A stretch of DNA of 64,000 nucleotides from Octopus bimaculoides (taxonomy: Eukaryota): contig NC_068989.1 in assembly GCF_001194135.2 (NCBI RefSeq), positions 56,254,518 to 56,318,517 of the forward strand, given 5' to 3'. Below are positions 12,601 to 28,657 of this stretch, piece by piece. Under the pieces are notes generated by a model. It had not been told where the DNA came from and did not search any database. It saw nothing but the letters and a program-made list of their open reading frames with translations. Within the stretch, counting starts at the first letter, position 1. Each line of letters begins with the position of its first letter. A program made the position numbers and the translations under genes.

Positions 12601-13962
12601 TAATTTATCACAGATAGTCTTGTGTCTAACCATTCATCATCTGACACAAGATCACCTCCTCCAGTGCCCCCCTCCTCTCTCAAAGCTTCCTTGTCTTGCA
12701 AAGCTACTTGGTGACCCTGCCAGTGATGGTACCACTTAAAAAGCATCCAGTCCACACTGTAAAGTGGTAGGCATTTGGAAGGGCATCAAGCTGTAAAAAC
12801 TATTCCAAAACTGACTTCACCTGTGTTAGTGCCATGTAAAAAGTACTCAGTCCATGGAGTGGTTGGTGTTAGGAAGGGCAGCTAACCGAAATATCATGCC
12901 AAAACAAAGATGTACAGTGCAGGCTTCTGTCTGGTCAACTCCTGTCAAACTATCCAACCCATGTCAGCATGGAAGGAGGATGTTAAATGATGATGAAGAT
13001 GATAGCATTCCCAAAATGATCTGGTTGCTACTTTCAACAAGCTAAGTCGGTTGAACTGAGGTGATGTAAAATAATGTGGATAGAAACATAACATTATGCC
13101 GACTGCAAATTCCAAGCAAAATAATATTTTCCAATTTCTACACATTTTTCAGGGAAGACTGGAAACAAACAACACTGCTTATGTAACAGTGATGCTCATT
13201 TACAATCATCACATCAAAACAAGGGTACACACATAATAGATGCACACACACACAATGAAATTCATTCTGTTTCTGTCTACCAAATCCATTCACAAGACTA
13301 TAGTAGAAAAAAGACACTCGCCCAAGGTGCTGCGCATGTAAGGGACTGGACCCAAGACAGCGTGGTTGAGAAACAACATTTTGTAAGTATTATTTCCATC
13401 CAGACACTATGCCCAAACAGAATGAACTCCACTTCCACAAACACAAAAATATAACAATTGATTCTCACCTGTACGTAAAATGACAGCTTGGACTCTTTGA
13501 TTCTCATAATACCTGGTCTGTATGACCCTCGTACCACAGAATAACACATGGCGAGAGTGATCGTCCATCTTAAACTTTTCGTTAGTATTATGGGTTTGGG
13601 TTGGATATGGAAGAGGAGTCTTTAAGACAGGCACACTTTCACCTGAGAAGAAATAAAAAAAAATATGTATACATATATAAATAACAATTATAAAGCTGCA
13701 GAGTATAATCGGGAATATTAAATATATTTTTCGTTAAAAGTGTTGGAAATTAATACGTGTGTGTTACAGGAGCAGGCATGGCTGTGTGGTTAAGAGGTCC
13801 ATTTCCCAACCATGTGACTTCAGGATCAGTTCTATCATACAGTACTGGGTAAGTGTTTTCCACTACAGATCCATAGCCTGACTCTGACTAAAGCCTTGTG
13901 AGTAGATTTGGAAGACAAAAACTGAAAGAAACTCACTGTATGTATGAATATATACACATTTA

Positions 13963-14043
<81 letters not shown>

Positions 14044-17000
14044 TATATATTTATTGATTGATACAGCTACAGAGACTTACATACAGAACTTTGAGTTTCT
14101 GCATCAGTGATACAAGGATCATTGCACTTCCTCAGCTGTTGCAAGTCTGGTGCTTTTAGCACCATCAATTACAAATTCATGATTACAATTGATGATGCTA
14201 AGAGCACTGAACTTGACCATGACCATGACCACCATCAGTGGACCAGTTCAATCCATGGCATGGGTAAGATGGGTTGGCACAGTAAGACTCAATACATATC
14301 CAGGAAAGTGATGGTGGGGGTTACTGCTCAATGTCCAGTAAGTTCACTGTCATCGATTCACTACAGGGAAAGTTCACCGTCATCAATTCACCAATTTTTT
14401 TTTCTCAATAAAATAGTTTTTAACTATTATTGGTGAGATACTATGGATATATTTTCTCAGTAAACTTTCCTCATAGTGAACTTTCTTCACAGTGAATTGA
14501 TGGTGAATTTACCTGTATTCTACTGCTTACCTAGACAAGCTGAAGGACTACATCTCACTTGTGTGTTTCATTTTTTTTACATGGTTTCTACTGCCTGATG
14601 TCCTTAACACCAACAACTTTACTGAGTGCATATGTGGTTTTTTTTTTTTTTTCGAGCCACCAGCACTAGGGAGATGTCATACCTCCACAAGATTAAGGCT
14701 CTAGAACAGCCTTACACTTTACAGATTATACTAGCAGCATCAGCACTAGAGTGGTAGATTGTCCCTGACATAACAATGAGGTCATGGCTACCACTTTGGT
14801 GCAAGTGCCACAGTTATCTCACCCAGTACCATCATATTCTATTCCAGAGTTCCATGTCACAATGTTCACGAGCAATGATTCTTCAGTACTAGCTAGGAAC
14901 TTCTTTCCATAATTCTACATTTGGAAAAATTAGNNNNNNNNNNNNNNNNNNNNNNNNNNNNNNNNNNNNNNNNTATATATATACATATACATATATATAC
15001 ATATACATATCTATATATATTTGTATATAATAAAAGAGCATACCTGTTAACACACTTTCATTAACAATGCAGTTGCCGCTGATTAATACTGCATCACACT
15101 GCATTAAACAGCCGGATCGAGGCACTTCAATCAAGTCGCCAGGGACAAGGTCTTCTGACTGGATATCTATGAAGTCTGTAGAAAACATATCTTGCAAGTA
15201 ACAACACATTATAGTCATATATGGATGGAGTGGAGTGGAGTAGATAGGAAAAGCGAGTGTGAGAGAGAGAGAGAGAGAGAGAAAAGGAGGAGAGAATTGA
15301 TACAAAGAACAGCCAGCCATTACTCGTGAGTGAGTATGACTTGGCAGCACATACCATGCTTTCACTAATTGTCTTTTAGGTGTCTATGGCTCTGTGAGAA
15401 GACAAAGACACCTGCTCATTCCCCTCACTCTTGCCCCAGTGAAACATTCTGGAAGTGAAAGGAGGGGGGGGGGAGAAAGAGCAGCTCCAACACCCAGCTG
15501 GTATTCGTGACAGCTGGTAAACTGGAGCAACATGAAACACAAGGCTCTCCTTCAATAACACAACATGTCTCCTTATCTAGGAATTGAACTCAGAACCTTG
15601 TGATCATAAGCCAAATACCCTAACCACTAGGATTCACACCTTCACAGATTAATACAACAACAATAACAACTGTTACACAATTAAACCCAAAACAATAAAA
15701 CATCAACAACTAAATGTTTAATAAAAATGAACACAGAAAATGTCATGTAAACTTTGAAAATTTGTCTGCAAGAAAACAAAACATTGAAACATTTCATTTT
15801 ATATTTAGTAACAGAATTAATAGACATATCTTTCAAGCATTTAGACATATATATTTGCACAGAGAGTTATGTACTTGTTATTGGTACAGATTTAGTTCTT
15901 TTGTAACACTAGAACTCTTTACTGTATTATCACTCTTGTAGTTCTACAGCTCATGTCTTCTAGTGATTGATTTTAACATTTCATCTTTTTGGAGCTGGCA
16001 AAGTAAGTATCATTAATAGGTGTGAACAGGCACCATGATGGCATAGCATCCAATCCAGGAGTTCGGTGGGCTTCTCATCTGATCATTGCTGTGGATGTAA
16101 GTTATAAAGTCTAGTGTTTATCAGTCTTTGTGGTTCAGGATGTTCATTGATGTTTAGTTGTCTTTTACAATGTTGTTACAGCTGGATTTGTATTGTTGTT
16201 GATATTGTTGCTGTTGTTGTCACTGATTTGTTCCATGTCAGCTTTGATCAAAACTCATAGTCAAAGTATTCCATTTTGCATTTCAGAAATCATGGATCAA
16301 GAATCATATTATCCTGTGCTATGATATATTACAGACTGTGTCTGTAGATTTTCTTTTCATCAGTAATTTATATAGTATCCGGTGTCTTTCCAATAAGATG
16401 GTGGAGAGTTTATTACTATTTCTGCAATGAAATCATTATTACCACTTCCTGTCCAGATAGCATTAGATATACTTTGATTGAAAACTGGAAGCCAGCCATT
16501 TACAATAAAAATGGACACATTCCCATTTATATTTCAAATACTGAATTTGAACATTTTAGCAAAAATTAAATTAATCTTAGTAACTGCTTTGCAAGAATTT
16601 ATTTAGCTAGAACTTGGAAAAAAACAATGAAAATGAAATAAAGTTTTCTTTCGCATTACTGTGACAGGGGCACTTCCTGAGATACAAGCACAGCGTGGAT
16701 GCACTGAAAAATTACATTCTTAAGATTTGTTGTTAAATTTCAAGATTCAACTAAACAAAGATTCACTTCATTTCCAGCTGCAGTCTTCAGCCAGACTGCA
16801 TCAACAATAATATTGCAATGGCTACTTTTCATTGTATCTTCATTAAAAAACAAACTGTAACTTGTTGAGTAGGGAAAGAACATTCAGGTAAAGATATTGA
16901 ATCTAATGTCACAATTCTACACAGCCTTGTTGGACATTGTGAATTCTGGGCTGTAACGGTTGATGTATCATGTAAAAAAAGCACTAGAGAGTCATAGATT

Positions 17001-20000
17001 TCCATTTTCATCTGACCATATTTGGCAAAAAGTCTTTGAGGTTTCTTCGTTGAATTTGTAACAGGTAATACACAAGCTCATTCTCTGGAAGCTGCTAAAA
17101 TAGATGCAGAGGCTTACCAGTAATCTTCCCTTCTCCATGCCTTATCTGGAACTGTTGTTCAACTTGTTTCTATGTTGATGATAGTTTCTTGTCTTTTTCC
17201 CCACTTATACAATGATTTGAAACCAATTAATCCTAAACGATTTCTTGAAGATGGTATTATGAATCCCCAGTTTTTCTCTTTGGTGAACACAACAGTAGTA
17301 GTAAAAAACAGTAATAAATAATGCCCTGCTATTGACTACTCACAAATGATAAATTGTTACTACTTTCTAATGCTTACTAATTTGCTAAAATTGAAGCTCC
17401 TGTACATTTAATTTCCTACAATAAATTCTATAAACTGTATCTGAAAGCTGCAGACCATCACATCCTAATTCTCAATGACAGTAAGAACACACATTTCAAA
17501 CTGATGGACCCTTATTTCAGTCACCATAGTTACCCTTTAGTGTGATTAATACCGTAAATGCTTTGCTTTTCAAAGTGATGGATAATGCTATTGTTGACAA
17601 GGATATCAAATGAGTTCATGTTTATCCTAACATTCATTACTTTAGATACAAAATTAAAAAACAAAATAATCCCCGGCAACATGATGTAGAAAGATTGAAA
17701 CCTTCAGTTATCATACGTCTAGTTATACTAAACATCTTTGACTAACTCCTCCTCTAAATAGATGTTCCATTTCTTGGAATTAATTCAACACCAACCAAAT
17801 ACTATTTTTTCCCATTGCCAAAAAAAAGACACCCAGTTAATGTTCCTCTACTTAAAATATCAACAGCTAATGCATCTCTCTGTATGTCTCTCACCTATCT
17901 TACCTGACATTCCACTATATGTCAGGTCTGATGCTTCTGCAACTACAATTTTGTGTGCTCTTTCACAGTGCCATAAACTTGTTGCTTTCTTCTTTATAAT
18001 ACTCTCTGACCCTGAACAAAATCTCTCATCAATTGAAAAGGAAGCTACAGCTATCCTAGAAAGTGCAAGGAAATGGCAATCTTTTTCACTTCAAAGCTAT
18101 TTCTCATTACTCACTGATTGACAGGCCATCTTATTCACAAAAGCAGAAAAAAGTTGAAGAATGACAAGACCTCCTCCATTGGTGCATGGAATTAATGTTC
18201 TACAATTATGATATCCAACACATACCTGGTAAAGATAACAGCTACTGATGTGCTTACCAGATGCTCTTCTATAATATCGTCTCCTAGAATCATAAATTTA
18301 CATAAAATTTTGAAACTTGAAGACAGCACTATGTCAGGTCTAAGAACTTGCCATTTTCTTTGGAAGATGTCAAAAAAAATTAAGAAACTTCATGAATATA
18401 TCAAAATTAAAACACTTATTGTATCCACACAGCCATTTGAGCATTTCACTTCAAAGGTTCTCTACCATCTTCTAACTCTTACCACTTTTTGTTGGCTGAA
18501 AGCTTCCCTTTGTGTTTTCATGTTCAAATATAATAACTCTTGCTGTAATTCACTGTCCTTAAAATATGTTCTTTGTGTTTAGTGTTCTTATTTCAATTCA
18601 CTAAGAACAAGGATCCTAGTTTTATTTCAAAATGTTGGTACATTTTGTGGAGAACAATAATACTGTTTAAACTGAAACAATTTCATACCATCCTGAAGGA
18701 AATAGTCAAGTAGAACTGTTAAATGGAACTATGGAGAATAATAACTCGTACACTTCATTGAAGAAAGCTGCCAGAAAAATGATGTAATAATTTAAGGGAA
18801 CCAATCCTTGTAATTAGGCATGGAATGATTTGTCTAAAATTCTCATTTGCACAGTGACAAACCTGGTGCCTCAATGCTTCATGAAAGATTATTTGTCTTT
18901 CACATCACTTACCAGTGAAGGTTTTTACCAAGGTTGCTTTCTGATACCAGAGAGGTTTTGGTTAGATGGTTTAATTGTGGTGATAAATATGAGACTAAAG
19001 TTGATAAGGTTAAACCAATAGATGCTATTCCTCCTTATGTTCACATTAGATATCCAGATGATCAAAATGGCTCTGTCTAGCCAAAGGATACAACTTCATC
19101 AGGAAGATCAAGCATCATTAGAAATCAATCAAATTCAAGATCCACTGAAGAGAATTCCATTGGTAATTGTTGCTGTGTTGACTTGTTGAAGATTCTGGAC
19201 TTAACAAACATTGAGACCACTAATGAACATTCCACTGATTATTACCAGATGTCATTCTGAGTAATCTACTTGACAAGTATGCGGGTTTACATTAGTCTAT
19301 TGTCAATCTAATTAATGAAAATTAAATGATGACCCCCCACTATTCAAATGACCTACTTGAACAACAAGGATCAAGAAAGAGCTAGAAAGATTAAACCTTT
19401 GAAGTGTCAGTGAATGCTATGAAATTATTCTTGCTATTTCTAGTCCTGTAGAGTTAGCATTGAAAGCTATAGAGTTATTAATGTACCAGGGTGGGACAGT
19501 AAAGAGTAACAGAAGGTGGGAGTGGCTATTATGGAAATAAATAATAATGACAAGAGTTAGTGACAGAGATGTAATGATGGCAACAACCAGTTTGGTGTTA
19601 AGGGTTTATTGATTGGTTGATAGTTGTAAGGATGGGCAATGGTAAGTGAAGAGTGATGTATGTCGACCATAAGTAACCTAGGGGTGGCGAAGAGGGAGTC
19701 ATAGCTAACAGAAATGTGACAGTAAGGAGACGCATCCTACTTTTCTCAAAGCACTGTAACGAAAGAGAGGAAAATATAGATAAGGATGGTTGGGAGGGAA
19801 CGGTGAATATGACAGCATGAGTGATGATAAGAAAAAGATGAGAGGGTGACAAGGAGGTAGAGGAAAGGCGAGTGAAAGAAAGTCAGTAGAGTGCCATGGA
19901 GGTGGCAGGAGAGAGGTGGAGGGGAGTGGTGTGAAGGCCTCTTAGCCTCCATCCTTAACCCTAGTTTAACATTTTCTGCATCATGCTTGCAAGGGAGAGC

Positions 20001-23000
20001 AAATCTTATCTAGCAGAGCATGTTTCTTTTTGAAGCTCTCTGTCATCTCTTTCAGTGTAAACATCATTCTTCACTATTTCATCGCACATCTTCTGAGGTT
20101 TCTCTCCTCCACAAGTTTCATCCACTTTGATGGAACAGCACATTTTGTACCTCTGTTTTAATCCATGCACATCAAATGCATTGTCTTCGCTCATGTGCAC
20201 TACACTTTTTTTTTTGTCTCTCACATATGCACACACACATATATGCACATTAACAATTACATTGAAAATAGCAAATTAATAATAACACTGAGAAAAATAC
20301 ACATATAAACAAACAGGTACACAAGCACACACACACACATACATATGCTAAAACCACACACATCTACAAACATAATGTAAGCACAGTTACACTGTCTATT
20401 GATCTTCCATGTATGAAACCTTGTTCAATCCACATCACTGCCAGTCATTCAACCTACCCCATTTTCAGCACGACAAAGAAAATCACATATTTCACCATGA
20501 CATTCGAGTTTTTGGGTCTTTTTTTTTCTCATTTTTCTTCTACATTTTACTTACTTCTTATGATCTCTCTTACTGAACATGTGCTTAAGCAAGATATGCC
20601 TAACACATTTCCATTTTCTTAATCTCTCCTGGTGTTCCAAACTAATAATCATATCTTGCTTTCGCATGATTATTCTCAACATTATATATTGATATATAGA
20701 CTAAGAAGTTCGCTTCACAACCACATGGTTTCAGGTTCAATTCCACTACATGGCTTCTAGGGGAAGTATCTTTTACTATAGCACCAGGCCAACCTTGTGC
20801 ATGGATTTGGTGGACAGAAATTGAAAGAAGCCCACATATGCATGTGTCTCTTTGTCTTAACATCATGTGATGGTTGTAAGTAAATGTCACTGCACTACAA
20901 ATGATGTTGTTTCTTATCTTCCATGAAAGTATGTACAGCCAATGCGAAATATTACCTTAAATAGGAAAAAAAATTTTGTCTGTCCCATTCAAACATTGAA
21001 AAGAGAATGCCAAAATGATGATAATGACTATATTTCTCATGTGTTCTTAGAATTTATTTCTCCTGAACATCTGCCACATACAAAGCTTACTTTCTCTGTT
21101 AACCTTCCAGTGGTTCCTTGGCACTCCTTTTGTGTCCATATTTTTTACTGACCACATGGAGTTTTAACTTATACTTTTTTTACATGCTACTCAGGGCCAT
21201 TTTCCTGAAATGGGTAGAGTCCAGTCTGTTTTCCTGCTTTTGGTCATTGCAAAGTTAAGTTTAAAGCTCTGTGGTTCCAGGTTTTGCTTCCACACCTGAA
21301 AATTCTTTTCTCATTCTATTACAAATTTAGATTTAACAATTGATGCCACAAGCAAAAAAGGAGCTCTCATAGGCAACTGGTCTAAAACTCCTCAGTTGTG
21401 GCCTGGAGGACTGGGAGGAACAGAAGAGGACCAAGAACCAAGTCCCGGTGAGCTCTTACCTATACACTAAATTTGTTGCTGTACTTGTGGCTAACATTCA
21501 TCTTGCTGACAACAACTCTGTGCATGGCTTGTATGGTTCTCACAAGCTAATTGTCTACTCTCTAGTGCTTATTTCATAAGGAAGATAGCATCACTGTTAC
21601 ACAGGTCTGGCATAAATCATAACTGAATTTCACCTAAACAGATTCTCTTCCTAATCAATTATGCTAAAATTATTATTTCCATAGCTTGGTTCATTACTTT
21701 GATACCATTCTAAATAATTCTATCTCAGGCAATCGTAATGGTTATGATTATCCTTTTATGCCAATCATTGGGTATGGCACCTAGCCTGCATTACTTGGCT
21801 AACTATGTGAGTGACTAGCTTCAGACCTACTTTGCCACATATTTTCAGTACCCCAAAAACTCTACCTGATGGCCTATCTGCCTTCATACAGCTGTCTATC
21901 ACAATAGCTGTTCCTCTGTTGGGTATATTTATGGTAGTTTAGTTGTTCTTTTTTTCAATCATGTCCCATATTCAGCAGCCTTTTGTAGTAACTTTTTCCA
22001 AGCTTCTTCCTTCACAGCATCAATGAGAATAAGCGAACCACTGTCATTTCAAATGCACCATTCCTTAACAATCTCGCTATTCACCTTAGCACACTACTTT
22101 GCAATCCAACATACCTCATACAGTTGATCATTTCAAGACAAAACACTAGCAAACCTCCTGTTTCAGTTTTTCACCTCATGATATAAACTTATAACCTAGC
22201 TTCCTTTCTAGCTCTGCTTTTTACTTCCTACTTTCTCACTTTCTTACCAGGTCAGCTTTTTAGTTTTTATGGCTCTATCTACAGCAATACTTCACCATAT
22301 TGTTTCATCTAGGTGAAACTTTGCTCCAGTCATAGTTCTAATCTATAGCTTCTTGGTTATCTCACGGAAAATTGCTGTCTTCTTCTTCTGTACTAGTAGC
22401 TACCACTGCCTCTCCTCAGCTCACTTATTGCTGACATCTACACTCTCCTACCACAAACAATTTCTACACCTATCCATTGCTTATACTTTCCTTTACCTAC
22501 AAATAACATCAGTAATAACTCTTCATTATGCAAAACCGAACTGTATCTCATCTAATTTTTTTCTCTTCCCAGTTAATTAAGGTACAATCTTTTCCATAAT
22601 TTTCATAACTTGGTCCAAGAATTTGATGCCTACAATAGTTTCTGTTCAAATTTTTCTCTCAAAATTTAAACAAATTCAAAAAACATAATTTTTCCATCAA
22701 GGTGAATAACTCTTTTACAACATAAGTGAATTATCGCCCTTTGACCGACACTTTTTATTCTGGACAAGAGAAAGTAATGCATGAATATTGTCGATAATAA
22801 AGAGTTCTAAGTGAAGGAAAGGGCATGAGAATAATATAGATGAGGTGGTAGATGTTAAAAAGAAAATTTAATAACCTAGACCTGTGGTTCTAAGAGACCC
22901 TAAGCTGATCTATGCTGTGGTTTACTGTCAATAAATAAACACTACATGTTACTGTGCTTTGCCCAGGAAATTATAATGCTAAGATAGTCTTGATCTAGTT

Positions 23001-26000
23001 AGAGACAGAAAGAATTTATAAGAGGGGATAAGGTACAAATATAATAGTTTAAAGCTGCGGTCCTGAACAGCAACTCCCAGGGCCTCATGCGGCCCTCAAG
23101 CATCCTTCCAACAGCTCTTGAAGGTCTTCCCTCAATAAATTTTCATTTTGCTTCAGTTTTGGTGCAGTCCCCTAAAAAAATCCAGGTTTGTGATTTGGCC
23201 CAGATATTAAAAAGGTTAAAAACCAATGGTCTAAAGTGAAGTAAAGGGAAGAAAAATTCAGCTGGAGAGATGAGAAATGAAGGAGTGATGATGAGGATAA
23301 AGTGTAAAGAAAAAAGAAAGAATCTAAATCTGTGACTTTGAGCTTTGTTCTGCACCTTCTTCAATTCCCTCTAAACATGTGACCTTAGATTTTATGACCC
23401 TATCTATCACATCATACTAAACTCCATCATGTCTGGTTGAAACATTACAACATCCACAGACCTACTGGCAGGGCCAGATTTATGTAGGGACCAATATGGG
23501 CCACAGCTCAGGAACCCCCAAGCTTGATGGGGACACCCTTAAACTGAGAGAAGCATAAAGCTTGGACCTAAAAATTATTTAAAATATATTTACAGCAATC
23601 AAATAAATAATTCATAATTATTTTATTTGTTTAAAGTTTTGAAATCCAATAGAGTTTTAAAATGACTGAGCTCTATTAATTTACTGGGCCCTTTTAAATT
23701 AAAAAAATATATAAATTTAACTGAGTCTTTCTCTATCTATCAAGGTCCTTTTTAAGTTTTGGGGCTCCTTGATTTAATAGGTTCTCTTTATTATTTTATA
23801 ATGTTTAGAATTAGCAAAATCATAGCTTCACATATCTACTGCAACCCCCACCCCACGAACCTCCCTGCCTAATGATCTGTGGCTTACTGTAGGTGTTCCC
23901 CCCCCCAAAAAAAAAAACTCCCAGTTGTCTATAAGATATGTTATAGGTCTCTATCCAATCATTTTTTAAACATCACTGTTACCTACAACTTTCCTTTCAC
24001 ACTTTCTTTACCATCCATCTTTAGATGGTTTAGCTTTAACCTGTTTGTAACCAACCAGCCTAAGATCACCCTTGGTTCTATGATACAAACTTCATATTTT
24101 AAAGTGTCAATCTATTCCATTTCCTGGTGAGTATGAAGAGTATTTGGCATGTATGTTCACCTGCATGGGTTTCAAAATCCTACCTCTATTTTATACCTAC
24201 AACTTTCTATGGTACACTTTATTATTAACTTCTCTCAGTATAGACTCAACTCAAGGCTTCTACCCAATAATTTTGCCACTTTCACACTGCTCTTTATTTT
24301 CATAATTCTTGTGACTTCATTCTTTACATTTAATTGCAGATTCCATCCACTTGGATAGCACACCAATTCCCTACCTAATTAACATCCTTCAAACATTATA
24401 CATATGCACCAATGCATTCTCTTCTCTTGCACTCTACATACAATTCTTCTTAGATCCAGTTTTATACTCTCAACTCATATGCACACTAACACTACACATC
24501 CATTCCTTCATGCACACTAACACTACACATCCAAAAGACTATGCACACTTCAGTTCTTCTCACCTTGTGCATATCCTTGTGCATCTTCATTACCATAAAA
24601 TATAATCAAACATCACACTTCATACACAGGCATCATACAATCTACTCTTCATTGCAAGAAAAAGAGATAATCTTTTAGTTCCTAGTAGATGTAATAAGCT
24701 TTCTGAATGTTTCTCACCCACTTCTTACTCTAGCTTCTGAGCTTTCAGATCATCGCCCCAAATACTATTAAGGGTTTAGCCTAGGTAACAGAGGCAGTCA
24801 GCTACAACAGTTAATCCTTCCCAACATTTGAAGTAATTCATCTCATAGGTGCTCTTACTGTTAATGACTCCTATGCATCTGCTGCTCATGAAGTCCTTCT
24901 CTGTCAGCATGAGTGTGGTACCACTAGCATAAACCACTTTGCTCCTCTTTGTTTTCACTAGATACTTACATAATAGGAGTTAATGGAGTTTTTTTTTTAA
25001 TGAAAGGAAGGTCAACTAGTACAACTAGTGAAAGTACAGAATTGGTCATACGACGAAAAATGTATTTACTTTAAGCTAGATGTATGAATATTTGTTCAAA
25101 CAAATATATAAAAGTACACACATTCATATATGTGCACATGGCACCACCAAAGGTTACTCCCAAGAATAAAATGTATGTGAAATAAGCTGCAGTCAAGAAT
25201 TTGAGTTATGAAGGACATCTTGACAACATGTTCTAAATATTGGCACAAAGCCACAAATTTTTGAGAAGGGGTTACTCAAATCACTCCTAATATATGACTG
25301 GTACTTGATTTTATAATCCCTAGAAAAGTGAAATGTAAAGTTGACCTTGGCAAGATTTGAACTCGTCATATGGCGCCATAACTGAACACTGCCAGTCATT
25401 TTGTCTGATGCTCTACCAATTCTGCTGCCCCATATCCTAAGTATTATTCTAGATCTAACATAAACAGGATTCATTTTGGTTTACAAAGAAAGGAAGATTA
25501 ATTTCTTTGAAATTTTTACAATTTATATATCTTTCTATTTTCGGAGTTCATGCCTCACATTTACATATACAGGTATGGCTATGTGGTTAAGAAACTTGCT
25601 TCCCAGCCATGTTGTCACGGGATCAGTTCCACAGCTTAGCTGGCCAAAGCCTTGTGAGTGGAGAGACAGAAATTGGAAGAAGCTTATGATGTGTGTGTGT
25701 GTGTGTGTGTCTCCATCTTTGTCTTGACATCATGTGAGGGTTGTAAATAAGCATAACTATCATACAAGACATGTTTGTTTTGAAGCCTTCCACGAAACAT
25801 ATGTCTGGTCATGGAAAACATTACCTTGCTTAGAAACGAGGGTCAGTGATGGGAAAAGCATCTAACCACAAAAAATCAATGAATTCCATCTGACTCATGC
25901 AAGCATGAAAAATTGGATATTTCCTCTTTATAGAAGGGGAAAATAAACTGTAATGTTGGAAACTTTTCCAATGGCATTCATAAGCTAAGTTCCCACTGGT

Positions 26001-26070
26001 AAATTTGGATTTTGTTTCGCAAAGGAATTCCCACTGTTCCATCCACAACAATGAATACACACACACATGC

Positions 26071-26107
<37 letters not shown>

Positions 26108-28577
26108 TGCATACATACACACAGACACATACACTGATCAAAAGTACATGCTAGTGATGCAAAAAGCATAAAGCATGCTTATTGAAGAAATGTGGTGAAT
26201 AACTAGAAAACTAGAGGAGGGTACCTTGGATGATATCATGGATAGACAGAGAACTGGTTTTTCTCAAAGCATGACATGTCAAGTTACTGCCAGGAAATCT
26301 AATTGCCTGAAGTGGGAGAAAATTTTAAATGGAACTAAAAAGTGAGGAAGACAGGAAACTAAAGTTTTTAAAAAAGAAAATAGAAGTGTGAAGATTGTGT
26401 CTATGATGTCACAGAGCCCTGTCTCTTTCTTATTGTGCCACACCAAAACTAAACATAGAAAAATGTTTACATTCAATGGGAGTGATTGTTCTACTTCTAA
26501 GCATCTAACATTTTCCTCCCACCAAGACGGTGTACTGATGGACATAGTGATAATGATGATGATGATGAGAAAGATGCTGATAATGATGCAAACAAGGAAA
26601 ACATAACTAATTATTAATGCACTATACACTTTGATCTCTCTGCAGACGGAATATAGGTATTCTTTCCCTGATGACAGTCTAAAAGACTAGAAACTAGTTA
26701 GACCGAGCCCATATTTTCTGCTCATGGAAAGATTAAGTCTTGTGATGTAACAATTTGTTTTACTTTTTAGAGAGAGATTAAAATTGTATATTTACCAAAA
26801 AAGAAAATATCTTATATTAAAATTGCAATTATCCAAAAACACTTTATAGTGCATAATTAAATAATTAATTAGAGTAACTTTTTTTCGTGGGATTTTTGTT
26901 TTTGTCTTGTTTTTTGTTTTTCCAATAATTTCTAAAAAAGATGAGATAGTACTATACATGATTACCACTAACTAGAAATTTATAAGAACTTTATCATAGT
27001 TTTAGGGGGGAAAAAATTAAATTATATATATTTATATATGTGAACCCTTTGTATCCTTTTCATACTCTTAAGATTTTGCATTCAAATTTCTAATCCCACC
27101 TCACACTGTGAGAAAACAGTTACCTCCCATCGTATTAAATGCCATCCAGAGAGTATCACTCATGTATGATAAAAATAATTCTCAGTTAATATTCAAGTGT
27201 TACAATGGATAATCTGATGAGCAGTTGGTTTCTCAACTGAAGTGTCTTGTGACTTTCTACCATCTCCACCCATTAGGTTTCTGCTTCTGCTGTTGACTGT
27301 CGATGATGACAACGACGACGACAATGATGATGACGATGACAGTGAAGACATTGCTGTGTCTTTGATAATAAACATGCAACACAATCTCTTATCTCATTAC
27401 TTACCTGACAATGCAACAGGCAAGAAAAGGAGAGAACAACTTGAAAACAAAAAAACAAAATAACTGAAGACTCACAGGAAATAGAAAACATTTCCTAATT
27501 TTCTGAGGAACCATTTCAGGAAGAAAGTGGACAAAATGGTTTCAGTGAGTCATTGATTTATAAGATTACCAAATAGTAATTTTTGTATATTGTATTAATA
27601 TTACATATGAATATCTATATGTACATATGTATAAATATTTGTATTTGTGTGTATGTTCATATCCATTCAATGGTGCATATTTAACTGATGATATATTTGT
27701 TGGTGGTAGGGGAAAGAAGATAAAATGCAGTTCTGGAGATGCATTCTTGAGTTAAAACTGTGATGTTAGGGTTTTCAATGTATGTGTCTTGGGTGTAGCC
27801 AGAGCTATAGAATAAAATGTCTCATAAGTTCAAAATATATGTATGTGTTACTATATTTGAACAGGTAATGATGAGAATTAAGAAATAAGGAGAGAAGAAT
27901 CCTCTTCATATACTCCTTAAATTCTTTAAAGTGTTTCAGTTTTAAAGCTGCGGTCATGCTGGGGCACTACTGTTGGCTGGGCTACACCATTATTTGAAAA
28001 TGCCTCTGATATGTGGCATTTGATGAATGAGGGAGTTTGATGATGCTGCCCTCATTTGTGCTTCCTGCCGTGAAGTAGGCTCATCCGGAAACTTGACAGG
28101 AGGAGATCCAGTTTTGTTTGGAAGACACCTACATCCACACCATGCAAATCGCTCAGGCATTTTGAAAGGATATTGAAGAGCTGTATGCCCTTGAAACCCA
28201 AGGTGTTGCAGTATCTGCTCTGTATTTTGATGGTGACGCTGGAATCTTTGGCACTATACATGTGTGAGTGAACTTGTGTGTGAGTCTGTGTGCATGCATG
28301 CATGTGTGTGTGTGTGTGTGTGTGTGTATTTACACTGAATAATATTTTAACTATTAATTTCTCCTTTCAGTTTTTAAGGATTCAATGAGTTCTCGATATT
28401 ATTGCTTCTACAAAAGAGTGTGTGTGGGTGTGTGGGTGTGTGAATGCATGTGGTTCATATGCATATAAATACATGTATATCTTACATGATACATTTTCAA
28501 AGCCATGCTACAGCACAGCCACAGTCCACTGGCTTGAACATATATAAAGAGTATGTACATACACACATAAACAAATA

Positions 28578-28657
<80 letters not shown>

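Noticed and set aside
16829-17011. Minus-strand ORF faintly resembling a Ulp1-protease or MULE fragment (IYDSL..)
   Set aside because: No catalytic motifs are recognisable; the opposite strand fits better as the decayed upstream part of the Gypsy element.
27205-27255. CTGATGA followed by a CAGTTG/CAACTG hairpin (hammerhead-like)
   Set aside because: No GAAA core and no stem I complement.
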